Notes: generated from the sequence alone by a model not told the origin. A stretch of 32,000 nt of DNA from Candidatus Saccharimonadota bacterium (GCF_000300075.1 NC_018677.1:120001-152000); one strand, 5' to 3'; counted from the stretch's first letter, positions 21,428 through 31,588 are shown. A program made the numbers and translations.

Positions 21428-23164
21428 ATGTTTGAAATATTAGAGTTAAATATAAAAGAGTTAATTAATAAAGGTAAAGAACAAGGATTTTTGATAAATT
21501 CAGAAATTTGTGAGTTGTTTGATAATGAAAAAGTAGATGAGATCATATGTATCGTTAAAGACAAAGGAATAAATATCATTGACAAAATATCAGAAGTAGA
21601 AAATATTTATAAGAATGTTGAAGACAAAAATATTTGTAAAAAAGAAAATGATATTCGTCATTTTGATCCCGTGCGAATATATATGAGAGAAATGGGAAAA
21701 ATAGATTTATTAGATAGAAAAGGTGAAATCGAAATAGCAAAAAAAATAGAAGAAGGTACAAAAGAAATTATGGCAGCGCTAGTATATTTACCGGGAGCAG
21801 TTGATTATGTATTAGAAATTTATGATTTAATAATAAAAGATACAGAAGTAAATTTTTATGATTTGTTTACTGGTTTTATGTATTTTAAAAAAGTTAAAAA
21901 AGAAGAGAAATTAAAAGCAAAAAATAATGTATTAATTAGTGAAACGTATAATGAAGGACCAGATCATATATTGACAAAAAATTTGTTTGAAAAAATTCGT
22001 AAACAAAATAAACAAGTAAAAATAAACGTGTTAACATATGGTTATAAGTCAAAAGAAGCAAAAATGGAATTAAAACTTTTATCAAAGTACTTTTCAAAAA
22101 TAAAATTCTTGCCAAAACATTTTGAAGGGTTGTTAAGTAAGGTACGTTTAAGTATAAAAAATATAAGATTTCATGAAAATTTGATATTAAAATACATGGT
22201 AAAGATGGTAAAGTTATCAAGAAAGGAAATTATAAATAGTTTTATAGGTAATGAAGCAAATTTAAAGTGGTTAGATAAATTTATATTAAATACAGAGAAA
22301 ACAATTAGTAGAAAAAACTATAGAAGTAATATTCTAAAATCACAAAAAAAAATATTATTAGAACAACAACAAATAAATTTATCGGTTGTTGAATTAAAAG
22401 AAATAAATCGAAAGTTGTTAATAGGAGAATATAAGGCTCATAAAGCAAAACAAGAATTGATTGAAGCTAATTTGAGATTAGTAATTTCAATTGCAAAAAA
22501 ATATACAAATCGTGGATTACAATTTTTAGATTTAATTCAAGAAGGTAATATAGGTTTAATGAAAGCAGTTGATAAATTTGAATATCGCAGAGGATATAAA
22601 TTTTCTACATATGCTACATGGTGGATACGGCAAGCAATAACGAGATCAATAGCTGATCAGGCAAGAACAATAAGAATACCAGTACATATGATAGAAACAA
22701 TAAATAGATTAAAAAGATTATCAAGAAAAATGTTGCAAGAAAGAGGCATAGAACCTACTCCGGAAGAATTAAGCAATCGACTTGAAATTTCAGAAAATAA
22801 AATAAGAAAAATTTTGAAAATTGCAAAAGAACCTGTTTCTATTGAAACACCAATAGGGGAAGATGAAGATTATTATTTAAGTGATGTGATAGAAGATAAT
22901 ATTACAGCATCACCTATAGACGCAGCAACAGATGAAGGATTAGTGGAAGCAACAAGAAATGTATTAAGTGAGTTAACAGCTAGGGAAGCAAAAGTTTTAA
23001 GAATGAGATTTGGAATAGATATGTCTACAGATCATACATTAGAAGAGGTAGGTAAGCAATTTGATGTAACGCGTGAAAGAATTCGTCAAATAGAAGCAAA
23101 AGCATTGCGGAAATTAAGGCATCCATCACGGTCAGAAGCTTTAAGATCATTTTTGGAAGAGTAG
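21428..23164 (+). CDS. rpoD: RNA polymerase sigma-70 factor
   Basis: Region 2 [38 protein letters not shown], region 3 [13 protein letters not shown], and region 4.2 [29 protein letters not shown]. Confidence 0.96.
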   Translation: MFEILELNIKELINKGKEQGFLINSEICELFDNEKVDEIICIVKDKGINIIDKISEVENIYKNVEDKNICKKENDIRHFDPVRIYMREMGKIDLLDRKGEIEIAKKIEEGTKEIMAALVYLPGAVDYVLEIYDLIIKDTEVNFYDLFTGFMYFKKVKKEEKLKAKNNVLISETYNEGPDHILTKNLFEKIRKQNKQVKINVLTYGYKSKEAKMELKLLSKYFSKIKFLPKHFEGLLSKVRLSIKNIRFHENLILKYMVKMVKLSRKEIINSFIGNEANLKWLDKFILNTEKTISRKNYRSNILKSQKKILLEQQQINLSVVELKEINRKLLIGEYKAHKAKQELIEANLRLVISIAKKYTNRGLQFLDLIQEGNIGLMKAVDKFEYRRGYKFSTYATWWIRQAITRSIADQARTIRIPVHMIETINRLKRLSRKMLQERGIEPTPEELSNRLEISENKIRKILKIAKEPVSIETPIGEDEDYYLSDVIEDNITASPIDAATDEGLVEATRNVLSELTAREAKVLRMRFGIDMSTDHTLEEVGKQFDVTRERIRQIEAKALRKLRHPSRSEALRSFLEE

Positions 23165-23193
23165 TGAGAATGAAATTAATTGTGGAAATATAA

Positions 23194-24012
23194 ATGAATA
23201 AAAGAATATATTTAAGTTTATTACTTATTTTGATCTTAAATAAGGAAGGATATATACATGTATTAACTCCAGGTGGAAAAGTATGTTTAGAACAGAAGTA
23301 TTTGATCTTTATAGCAACTTTGTTAATGTTGATTATTGTACTCCCTGTTATATTGATGACAATAAAATTTAATTATAAATATAGAGAAACAAACAAAAAA
23401 ATAGAATATAAACCAGAGTGGGATTATTCAAAAAAAGTTGAGTTGATAGTTTGGGGTGTTCCCGTTATGATTATTTTAATTTTAGGGCTTATTACTTTGA
23501 AAAGTACTCATGAATTAGACCCTCAAAAAACACTTATCAACAACAAAAATAATGTAATAACAGTAGAAGTAATATCTTTAGATTGGAAGTGGTTATTTAT
23601 TTATAAAAAAATAGGAATAGCAACTATAAATCAATTAGTTTTACCAATAAATGTTCCTATAGATTTAAAAATAACTTCAGAAACAGTGATGAATTCGTTT
23701 TTTATACCTCAAATATGTAGTCAAATGTATGCTATGTCAGGAATGAAAACTATAAATTATTTATTGTCAAACAAAAAAGGTACTTATATAGGATTGTCTA
23801 CTAATTTTAGTGGAAAAGGATTTTCAGGTATGAAGTTTAAAGTATTAGTAGTATCATTAAAAAAATTTGAAAGTTGGATAAAAAAAATAAAAGAATATAA
23901 AAGAAATATAAACTATAAAATATTAGTTAAAGAAACAATAAATAATAAAATCGAATATTATTCGTCTTTAGAAAAAAAATATTTAAAATTATTAAGTAAT
24001 AAAGGAGTATAA
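23194..24012 (+). CDS. cyoA: cytochrome bo3 ubiquinol oxidase subunit II
   Basis: Parallels E. coli CyoA: LEQ..two TM helices, [42 protein letters not shown]. Confidence 0.9.
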   Translation: MNKRIYLSLLLILILNKEGYIHVLTPGGKVCLEQKYLIFIATLLMLIIVLPVILMTIKFNYKYRETNKKIEYKPEWDYSKKVELIVWGVPVMIILILGLITLKSTHELDPQKTLINNKNNVITVEVISLDWKWLFIYKKIGIATINQLVLPINVPIDLKITSETVMNSFFIPQICSQMYAMSGMKTINYLLSNKKGTYIGLSTNFSGKGFSGMKFKVLVVSLKKFESWIKKIKEYKRNINYKILVKETINNKIEYYSSLEKKYLKLLSNKGV

Positions 24013-24014
24013 AG

Positions 24015-25964
24015 ATGTTAGGTAGATTAAAATTTGAGTCTATACCTTATAAAGAACCTATAATTTTATTTACAGGAATATTCGTCTTTTTAGTTATTAT
24101 TTTAATTTTAAGTATCATAACGTATTTAAAAAAATGGATATATATTTGGAACTACTGGATAAGAACATTGGATCATAAAAAAATAGGTATAATGTATATT
24201 ATATTTGCATTAATTATGTTAATACGTGGTTTTACAGATGCAGTTATGATGAGATTACAACAAGTTATAGCTTATAAAAACAATATAGGTTATTTACCTT
24301 CATATCATTATGATCAAATATTTACAGTACATGGCGTAATAATGATCTTTTTTATGGCGATGCCTTTTATGTTTGGTTTAATGAATATAATAGTTCCTTT
24401 GCAAATTGGTGCAAGAGATGTTGCGTTTCCGTTTTTAAATTCATTAAGTTTATGGTTAACAGTTTTTTCAGGCGTGTTAATAAATATTTCTTTATTTATA
24501 GGTGAATTTGCTTCAACAGGTTGGTTAGCGTACCCACCTTTATCAGGTATTGAATTTAGTAAAGGAGTAGGGGTGGATTATTGGATATGGAGTTTACAAA
24601 TATCAGGTATAGGAACGTTAATCGCAGGCATAAATTTTGTAGTGACTATTTTAAAAATGCGTGCGCCAGGAATGGAATTTATGAGATTACCTATTTTCAC
24701 ATGGACAATACTATGTAGTAACCTTTTAATAATTATGTCGTTTCCTATTTTAACAGCTACGATTTCTTTATTAACTTTAGATAGATATTTAAATATGCAA
24801 TTTTTTACTAATCATTTTGGTGGAAACCCAATGATGTATGTAAATCTTATTTGGGCATGGGGACATCCCGAAGTCTATATTTTAATTTTACCTGCGTTTG
24901 GAATCTATTCAGAAATAGTCTCTACATTTTGTAAAAAAAAGTTGTTTGGTTATAATTTGTTAGTGTATGCAACTATTGTAATAACAGGATTATCATTTAT
25001 AGTATGGTTGCATCATTTTTTTACTATGGGTGCAGGTGCAGATGTAAATGCATTTTTTGGTATTTCCACAATGATTATTTCAATACCAACAGGCGTTAAA
25101 ATCTTTAATTGGTTATTCACCATGTATAAAGGCAAAATTGAATTTGGTATTCCAATGTTATGGACAGTAGGCTTTTTAATAGCGTTTAGTATTGGAGGTA
25201 TGGCAGGAGTTTTATTAGCTATTCCTGGTGTTGATTTTTTATTACATAACAGTTTGTTTTTAGTAGCTCATTTTCATAATGTAATAATCGGAGGTGTATT
25301 ATTTGGATATTTAGCAGGTTTAAATTATTGGTTCCCTAAAATATTTGGGTTTAAATTAAATGAAAAAATAGGGAAATATACAGTTGTTTGTTGGTTAATA
25401 GGTTTGTTTGTAGCATTCGTTCCTTTATATATTTTGGGAGTATTAGGAATGACAAGAAGAGTCAGTTATTATAATAATAAGATTTGGCATAGATTCTTAT
25501 TAATCGCAATGTTTGGAACAATAATAATTTTATTTGGCGTAATTGGTCAAGTATTACAAGTCATTAGAAGTATAATAGAAAAAGATAATAATAAAGATTA
25601 CTCAGGTGATATGTGGAATGGAAGAACATTGGAATGGAGTATATCTTCTCCTCCTAACAGTTATAATTTTGCAAATATACCCTACATAATAGATAGGGAT
25701 CAGGTTTTGTTGTTAAAAAAAAGACAATATGTTAAAAAAAATAAATATAAAAAAATAAAAATGCCTAAAGATACTTGTAAAGCGTTTTTTATATCTTTAT
25801 TTAGTTTAATTTTTAGTTTTTCAATGGTTTGGTACATATGGTGGTTATCTATTATCGGATTTGTAGGAATGATAAGTACGTATATGTTTTATTTGTATAG
25901 TACAAAGAAAGTTTCTTATATAAAGGTAGAGGAAATAAAAAACAATGAAAAAAGATTTATGTAA
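24015..25964 (+). CDS. cyoB: cytochrome bo3 ubiquinol oxidase subunit I
   Basis: Heme-copper oxidase subunit I motifs [26 protein letters not shown] and [12 protein letters not shown] strong SD (aaggag) at 24002-24007 precedes the ATG. Confidence 0.96.
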   Translation: MLGRLKFESIPYKEPIILFTGIFVFLVIILILSIITYLKKWIYIWNYWIRTLDHKKIGIMYIIFALIMLIRGFTDAVMMRLQQVIAYKNNIGYLPSYHYDQIFTVHGVIMIFFMAMPFMFGLMNIIVPLQIGARDVAFPFLNSLSLWLTVFSGVLINISLFIGEFASTGWLAYPPLSGIEFSKGVGVDYWIWSLQISGIGTLIAGINFVVTILKMRAPGMEFMRLPIFTWTILCSNLLIIMSFPILTATISLLTLDRYLNMQFFTNHFGGNPMMYVNLIWAWGHPEVYILILPAFGIYSEIVSTFCKKKLFGYNLLVYATIVITGLSFIVWLHHFFTMGAGADVNAFFGISTMIISIPTGVKIFNWLFTMYKGKIEFGIPMLWTVGFLIAFSIGGMAGVLLAIPGVDFLLHNSLFLVAHFHNVIIGGVLFGYLAGLNYWFPKIFGFKLNEKIGKYTVVCWLIGLFVAFVPLYILGVLGMTRRVSYYNNKIWHRFLLIAMFGTIIILFGVIGQVLQVIRSIIEKDNNKDYSGDMWNGRTLEWSISSPPNSYNFANIPYIIDRDQVLLLKKRQYVKKNKYKKIKMPKDTCKAFFISLFSLIFSFSMVWYIWWLSIIGFVGMISTYMFYLYSTKKVSYIKVEEIKNNEKRFM

Positions 25965-25981
25965 ACTTTAATGGTAATAAA

Positions 25982-26527
25982 ATGTATAAAATAGATAAGG
26001 TAAGTGAAAAGAATATTTTGTTAGGTTTTTGGATATATATTTTAAGTGATTGTATATTATTTTCTGTATTATTTGCTGTGTATGTTTTGTTAAGTAAAAA
26101 CACTATCCGTTATAATATGTGTCTGGTAAATATAGAAACATTAATCTTGTTATTAAGTAGTTTTATTATAGGCATAGTTTTTTTAAAATTTAAAAAGAAA
26201 CAAATTGTATTTAATTTATTTATAGTTTTATTATTAGGTGTATTATTTGTAATTTTAGAAATGAAAGAACTTATAAATTTAATAAACAACGGATTTACAC
26301 CGAAAACAAGTAGTTTTATTTCTGCGTATCTTACTTTAATAGGAACACATTGTATACACATTGTTGTAGGTATATATTGGGGAATATGTTTATTACTAAA
26401 TATTTTATTTAAAGGGTTAACTATAAAAAATAAAACGAGTTTATTATGTTTAAGTATTTTTTGGCATTTTTTACATATTATATGGGTGTGTATTTACACG
26501 ATAGTTTATTTAATAGGGGTATTATGA
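25982..26527 (+). CDS. cyoC: cytochrome bo3 ubiquinol oxidase subunit III
   Basis: LGFWIYILSDCILFSVLFA, TLIGTHCIHIVVG and LSIFWHFLHIIWVCIYTIVYL parallel E. coli CyoC. Position in the cyo operon agrees. Confidence 0.9.
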   Translation: MYKIDKVSEKNILLGFWIYILSDCILFSVLFAVYVLLSKNTIRYNMCLVNIETLILLLSSFIIGIVFLKFKKKQIVFNLFIVLLLGVLFVILEMKELINLINNGFTPKTSSFISAYLTLIGTHCIHIVVGIYWGICLLLNILFKGLTIKNKTSLLCLSIFWHFLHIIWVCIYTIVYLIGVL

Positions 26528-26528
26528 T

Positions 26529-26828
26529 TTGAATTTAATAAATCATCTAAAAGATTGTATATTTGGATTTTTAATTTCATTTATATTAACAACATTAGCA
26601 TATATGTTTGTAGTAAACATAAGTTTTCCAATATTAGTAATTAAACTAGTCACTTTATTATTTGCTGCAATACAAATATTTGTTCAACTTATATATTTTA
26701 TAAATATAAAAGAAGTTTCTAAGTTAGACAAAAATATATATATTGGATCTTTATTATTTACATTGATAATAATTTTTATTATACTAGGTGGTTCATTATG
26801 GATTTTTTATAATATTAATGGTAAATAA
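26529..26828 (+). CDS. cyoD: cytochrome bo3 ubiquinol oxidase subunit IV (TTG start)
   Basis: 99-aa ORF with three predicted hydrophobic helices, located between cyoC and cyoE. GFLISFILTTLAY parallels E. coli CyoD GFILSIILTVIPF. It starts 1 nt after the cyoC stop. Confidence 0.8.
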   Translation: MNLINHLKDCIFGFLISFILTTLAYMFVVNISFPILVIKLVTLLFAAIQIFVQLIYFINIKEVSKLDKNIYIGSLLFTLIIIFIILGGSLWIFYNINGK

Positions 26829-27672
26829 AAACTATTTAGTAATAGCAAAACCAAATATAATAATAGGAAATGTTATTTCAATTTTAGGGGGAATTTTTTT
26901 ATCTTATAAATGGAATATAAAAATATTAATAGGAAGTTTGTTAGGTATAATTTTAATTATAGTATTTAGTTGTATATTAAATAATTACATAGATTTAGAC
27001 ATTGATAGTATCATGTTAAGAACTAATACTAGAGTTTTAGTAACTAATTTTCTTTTTATAAAAACGGCTATAAATTATGCCTATATATTGTTTCTTTTAG
27101 GATTAGTTATACTGTATAAATTAACCAATATATTAGTTATCAGTTTGTCATTAATAGGAATTGTAATTTATATCTTAATGTATAGTTTATATTATAAAAG
27201 AAACTCACCTTATAGTACATTGATAGGTAGTTTAGCTGGTTCACTTCCTCCTTTAATGGGGTATTGTTCTATTAGTAACAATATAGATTTAGCAGCAATA
27301 ATAATTTTTTTAATTTATTGGTTGTGGCAAATTCCGCATTCTTATTCAATCGCTATATTAAAATTAAATGAATATATGTTAGCTTCAATACCAGTTTTTC
27401 CAATCAGTAAAGGTTTATTAACAACAAAAAAACATATTATAGTTTATATTTTTTGTTTTATAATTGCAGAATTTATGTTGTTTTTAAATGGTTATACCGG
27501 ATTGTTTTATTTTAGTTTAATGTCCTTACTTAGTTTTTATTGGTTATTTGTGGCAATATTAACTTATAAAAGTAATCGAGTTGAATTTGTTACTAAACAA
27601 ATTTTTTTTATATCAATACTTATTATTGTTTGTTTAAATTTAATGATATTTATTGACGTTAAAAACCCTTAA
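26818..27672 (+). CDS. cyoE: protoheme IX farnesyltransferase (heme O synthase)
   Basis: MVNKNYLVIAKPNIIIGNVISILGG parallels E. coli CyoE (..[23 protein letters not shown]). It is a polytopic UbiA-family protein. ATG 26818 overlaps cyoD by 11 nt. The ORF-track GTG at 26788 is a less likely start. Confidence 0.88.
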   Translation: MVNKNYLVIAKPNIIIGNVISILGGIFLSYKWNIKILIGSLLGIILIIVFSCILNNYIDLDIDSIMLRTNTRVLVTNFLFIKTAINYAYILFLLGLVILYKLTNILVISLSLIGIVIYILMYSLYYKRNSPYSTLIGSLAGSLPPLMGYCSISNNIDLAAIIIFLIYWLWQIPHSYSIAILKLNEYMLASIPVFPISKGLLTTKKHIIVYIFCFIIAEFMLFLNGYTGLFYFSLMSLLSFYWLFVAILTYKSNRVEFVTKQIFFISILIIVCLNLMIFIDVKNP

Positions 27673-27680
27673 TAGGAGTA

Positions 27681-27761
27681 GGAGAGATACCTGAGTGGAC
27701 AAAGGGAGCAGACTGTAAATTTGCCGCGTAAGCTTCGAAGGTTCGAATCCTTCTCTCTCCA
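27681..27761 (+). tRNA. tRNA-Tyr (anticodon GTA), class II with long variable arm; CCA not encoded
   Basis: Aligns almost base-for-base with E. coli tRNA-Tyr: ..GAGTGGACAAAGGGAGCAGACTGTAAATTTGCC...TTCGAAGGTTCGAATCCTTC. Acceptor stem GGAGAGA/TCTCTCC. It begins 8 nt after the cyoE stop. Confidence 0.93.
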
Positions 27762-28093
27762 TTTACATTAAAGTTTTTATCTCTCTTGTTTGATTTTTTA
27801 AAACCTAACTACATATCTCTTTTTGTTTTTGTTTTTATTTTTCTTTTTTAAAACTTAACGTGTTCCTTTTTTTATTCAGTTGTTTCTTTTTTTTTACAAC
27901 GTTACAATATTTTAAAATTAAACCCTTACATTCAACTCTTATCTTTAACCACAACCACAACCAAAACGTGCTTTAGATATTAAAATCTTTTCTTAAACCC
28001 AAACCCTCTTTAAATCAACAATTTTTAACGCCTCTACTTTAATATTACATCCTCAAACATTATATAATAACTAACCTCTACCTTTAAATCTTA

Positions 28094-28185
28094 TTATCTA
28101 ATCTAACAAATATCTACCTTCTTTTACTTGTTATCTAATCTAACAAATATCTACCTTCTTTTACTTGTTATCTAATCTAACAAAA
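28094..28185. repeat. 37-bp tandem repeat, ~2.5 copies
   Basis: ttatctaatctaacaaatatctaccttcttttacttg is identical at 28094-28130 and 28131-28167. A partial third copy starts at 28168. Confidence 0.92.
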
Positions 28186-28436
28186 TTCTATGAATTAACT
28201 CAACAAAACAATATCTAAATTCTAATTAATAAAACAAACAACTATTAAACAAAACTCTAAATTCTAAAACAACAAACCTCTAACTAACATCAAAGCATCA
28301 AATTAATAAACATCTAACAGACTATTAAACAAAACTCTTACCTCTAACAGACTAAAAAAATATAACATAAAACATCTAAAAGCTTTAAAACACCTCAAAC
28401 CTACAAACGCTAACTTCTTAAAAACAACATTAAAAA

Positions 28437-28487
28437 ACAAACATCAAAAAAAATAAAACTTAAAACAAACATCAAAAAAATAAAACT
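28437..28487. repeat. ~27-28-nt A-rich direct repeat, 2 copies
   Basis: acaaacatcaaaaaaa(a)taaaact starts at 28437 and at 28465. Confidence 0.75.
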
Positions 28488-28599
28488 CAAAAACAAATAA
28501 CATATAAAAGACTAAAAAAAAACAAAACATTATACAGTATACATCATAAGAGATTAACAGCCTAACATCTTATCATCCTAATATCATAAATTCATAAGA

Positions 28600-28623
28600 G
28601 CTTAACAGCTTAACAGCTTAACC
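28600..28623. repeat. (GCTTAACA)x3 octamer array
   Basis: gcttaacagcttaacagcttaacc read directly. The related string cataagag(c/a)ttaa recurs at ~28545, ~28593 and ~28658. Confidence 0.85.
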
Positions 28624-28932
28624 TTCAAAATTTCAAAGCTTTTAAATTTGAAAAACTCATAAGAGCTTAAGATTTTACAACACTACAATTCTTTACTTTT
28701 TTACAACAATTACTATTACTCACTTAACTTCTTACAAATTATTTAATATATATACAATCAACACATATTTCATTACAACTAAGCCTATAACAAACAACAT
28801 ATTTACTTTTCCCATAAACAATATTTTTTCTTACAACAAAACTTCTTGCAAAACCTAGCTTTTAACAACGTACATAAATTATAACTTCATACATCAATAC
28901 AACTATTCTTCTTTTTTTTTTATTTTCTTAAT

Positions 28933-28992
28933 TCAATACAATTCTACTTTTGTTTGTCAATACAACTCTACTTTTGTTTGTCAATACAACTA
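28933..28992. repeat. 24-bp tandem repeat, 2.5 copies, ~180 nt upstream of rpsO
   Basis: tcaatacaattctacttttgtttg (28933-28956), tcaatacaactctacttttgtttg (28957-28980), and the partial copy tcaatacaacta (28981-28992). Confidence 0.9.
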
Positions 28993-29173
28993 CCACGTAT
29001 ATACATATAAATTATGTTAAAAGAATAATACAACAAAAAGACAAAAAAGATTGTAAAAAAACAAACAGAAAAGGTAGAAAAATGTATATCAGAAAAAAAA
29101 ACATACAAAGACAGAAAAAATATATTATTAAAAGAAAAATAAGAAAAACAAGAAAAAATCGGAGACAAAAAAA

Positions 29174-29434
29174 ATGACAGGTAAAAATATCATAATAAAT
29201 GCATTTGGCAAAAATAAAATTGATACAGGGAATTCTGAAGTGCAAATTGCAATAATAACTAACAATATATATAAATTACAAATTCATTTAAAAAAAAATA
29301 AATATGATTATCATTCACAACTAGGAATGACTCGTATGGTCAATAAACGTAGAAAACTTTTAACTTATTTAAAAAAAACACAAGTTTCTCGTTATAAACA
29401 TTTAGTAAAAACACTTAAATTGCGTCATAAATAA
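29174..29434 (+). CDS. rpsO: 30S ribosomal protein S15
   Basis: DTGNSEVQIAIITNNI..L..H...K.DYHSQLGMTRMVNKRRKLLTYLKK parallels E. coli S15. Confidence 0.93.
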   Translation: MTGKNIIINAFGKNKIDTGNSEVQIAIITNNIYKLQIHLKKNKYDYHSQLGMTRMVNKRRKLLTYLKKTQVSRYKHLVKTLKLRHK

Positions 29435-29458
29435 AATACATAAAAAAGGATAAAAATA

Positions 29459-31588
29459 TTGAGTTCATTTGTAAAAAAACAGTTTAAGTATGGTGGAAAA
29501 ACTATTTGTTTAGAAACTGGTAAAATAGCTAAAAACACTAAAGGTAGTGTAGTTATAACAATTGACAAAACAATAGTGTTGTGTACAGTAGTTGTAAACA
29601 AAGTTTTAAAAAACAAACAGTGTCTTCCTTTGTCTGTATTTTATCAAGAAAAATATTATGCTGCAGGTAAAATTCCAGGTGGCTTTTTTAAAAGAGAAGG
29701 CCGCGCTACAGAAAAAGAAATATTAACATCAAGACTAATTGATAGACCTATAAGACCAAATATAAACAACTTTTATAATAATGAAATACAAATAATTTGT
29801 ACCGTGCTTTCTGCTAAAAAAAATACAGATATTACCGCTATGATTGGTACATATGCAGCTCTAGGTATTACTGATATACCTTTAAAACAAAGTATGGGTG
29901 TTGCTAGAGTAGGTTTTAATAAAGAGGTTGGTTTTTGGCTTGATATAACTAAAGAAAAATGTTCAGAACTAGATATAGTCGTAGCCGGCACAAAAAAATC
30001 CGTATTGATGGTAGAAACGGAAGCAAAACAAAAAACAGAGGCAATAATTATAGGTGCTATTAGTTTTGCACATCGAGAATTGCAAGTCGTTATAAAAAAT
30101 ATAAAGGAATTTAGTAAAGATTATAAAACTAAAAACATTAATAACAAATTAAAATCAAATAAACTAAAAGTTCATATATCTTCTTTTAAAGATTACTTAT
30201 TTAAAAAATTTAATCATAGTATTAATGATACTTTTTATATAGTTGATAAAATCAAAAGAAAAGAGGCATTGATAATTATAACTAACCAAGTGTTTGAAAC
30301 ATTTATAAATCACTTTTTAACACTTTTTTATATTTATGAAAATTTGAACTTAATAATTAAAAAAATCTTTATAAACTTTTTGTTTTCCATAAAAAAAAGA
30401 ATTGATGGTCGTGATTTTAAAACCATTCGTTCATTATCCATTGAATTATGTTGTTTACCTTGTACTCATGGCTCTGCTTTGTTTTGCAGGGGTGATACTC
30501 AAGCCATAGTTGCTCTAACTCTGGGAAGTTTACGTGATGCTCAATTTATTGAAGGATTAGAAGAAGACCGTTATGATAATATAATGTTTCATTATAATTT
30601 TACCCCTTATAGTGTCTGTGAAATAGGTTTTATAGGTATGCCAAAACGGCGTGAAATTGGCCATGGTAATCTTGCAAAAAGAGCAATACTTGGTGTTGTA
30701 TCTAAAGACGAGTTTCCATACTCAATAAGAATTGTTTCAGAAATTACTGAATCAAATGGCTCTAGTTCTATGGCGTCTGTATGTGGTGCTTCATTAGCAT
30801 TGATGCATGCAGGAGTACCATTAAGAACAACAGTAGCAGGTGTTTCTATGGGTTTGATAACAAAAAAAGAACACTTTTTCGTACTTACAGATATTGTAGA
30901 TGAGGAAGATAAATTTGGTGATATGGATCTAAAAATTGCTGCTACATTTAAAGGTATAACAGCCTTACAAATGGATATAAAGCAACAAGGCAGTAAAACG
31001 GATCAGAAAGAGATTTTACAAAGGACTTTGAATCAAGCTTTAGAGGCTATAAAACAGATTAGTGCGAAAATGAATGTAGTAATAAGTCAAAGTAGAAAAA
31101 GTATATCTATAAACGCACCTAGTTATGTTGTATTAAAAATAGAAACAGAAAAATTACGTGATGTAATTGGTAAAGGTGGTACTACTATAAAAAAAATATG
31201 TGAGTTTACCAATTCTGCTATAGAAATTCAAGATGATGGCAATATACATATTTATGCCAAGACTAAATTAAATTTACAAAAGGCAATAGAAGCTATAAAG
31301 TTGATTACTGAAGAAACAAAACTAAACAAGTTATATAGAGGTAAAGTTATACGCATCATGGAATTTGGTGCTTTTATTAATTTATTGCCTGGTATTGATG
31401 GTTTAGTTCATGTTTCACAAATTAGTTCTTGTCATGTTACAAATATAAGAGAATTTATTAGTGAAGGAGATATTGTGACGGTAAAAGTGTTAGAAAAAGA
31501 TCATAAAGGAAAACTTAAATTATCCATAAAAGAAATAGATCCTATTGAAAAATCAATATTTGAAGCTAAAATACAATCATTTATATAA
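29459..31588 (+). CDS. pnp: polynucleotide phosphorylase (TTG start)
   Basis: 709-aa ORF with two RNase PH domains (RLIDRPIRP, GRDFKTIRS, REIGHGNLAKRA, SNGSSSMASVCG), a KH domain (IGKGGTTIKKI) and an S1 domain (GKVIRIMEFGAFINLLPGIDGLVHVSQIS). AGGA lies 8 nt upstream of TTG 29459. E. coli pnp also initiates at UUG. Confidence 0.95.
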   Translation: MSSFVKKQFKYGGKTICLETGKIAKNTKGSVVITIDKTIVLCTVVVNKVLKNKQCLPLSVFYQEKYYAAGKIPGGFFKREGRATEKEILTSRLIDRPIRPNINNFYNNEIQIICTVLSAKKNTDITAMIGTYAALGITDIPLKQSMGVARVGFNKEVGFWLDITKEKCSELDIVVAGTKKSVLMVETEAKQKTEAIIIGAISFAHRELQVVIKNIKEFSKDYKTKNINNKLKSNKLKVHISSFKDYLFKKFNHSINDTFYIVDKIKRKEALIIITNQVFETFINHFLTLFYIYENLNLIIKKIFINFLFSIKKRIDGRDFKTIRSLSIELCCLPCTHGSALFCRGDTQAIVALTLGSLRDAQFIEGLEEDRYDNIMFHYNFTPYSVCEIGFIGMPKRREIGHGNLAKRAILGVVSKDEFPYSIRIVSEITESNGSSSMASVCGASLALMHAGVPLRTTVAGVSMGLITKKEHFFVLTDIVDEEDKFGDMDLKIAATFKGITALQMDIKQQGSKTDQKEILQRTLNQALEAIKQISAKMNVVISQSRKSISINAPSYVVLKIETEKLRDVIGKGGTTIKKICEFTNSAIEIQDDGNIHIYAKTKLNLQKAIEAIKLITEETKLNKLYRGKVIRIMEFGAFINLLPGIDGLVHVSQISSCHVTNIREFISEGDIVTVKVLEKDHKGKLKLSIKEIDPIEKSIFEAKIQSFI

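Noticed and set aside
7905-26817. N-terminal extensions in the ORF track for gltX (7905), rpsF (16458), rplI (17055), rpsU (20574) and cyoE (26788)
   Set aside because: Alignment by eye with the well-known N-termini of these families places the true starts at internal ATGs: 7926, 16512, 17067, 20664 and 26818. The extensions overlap neighbouring genes or translate repeat DNA.
28950-29177. 75-aa extremely basic ORF (..RKKNIQRQKKYIIKRKIRKTRKNRRQKK) whose TGA overlaps the rpsO ATG (ATGA)
   Set aside because: The Lys/Arg/Asn/Gln richness is what the A+G-rich leader yields in any frame. Its 5' half is a translation of the 24-bp tandem repeat. No SD precedes either Met. The ATGA overlap is suggestive, but on its own it is not enough to call a gene. 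Ribosome profiling could reopen this.
9023-29991. Antisense ORFs inside real genes: 9023-9373, 9429-9653, 21576-21761, 21936-22220, 26110-26361, 29425-29616 and 29773-29991, all (-)
   Set aside because: Each is embedded opposite a well-supported conserved gene (gltX, sucA, rpoD, cyoC, pnp). They are short and low in complexity, which is typical of AT-rich shadow ORFs.
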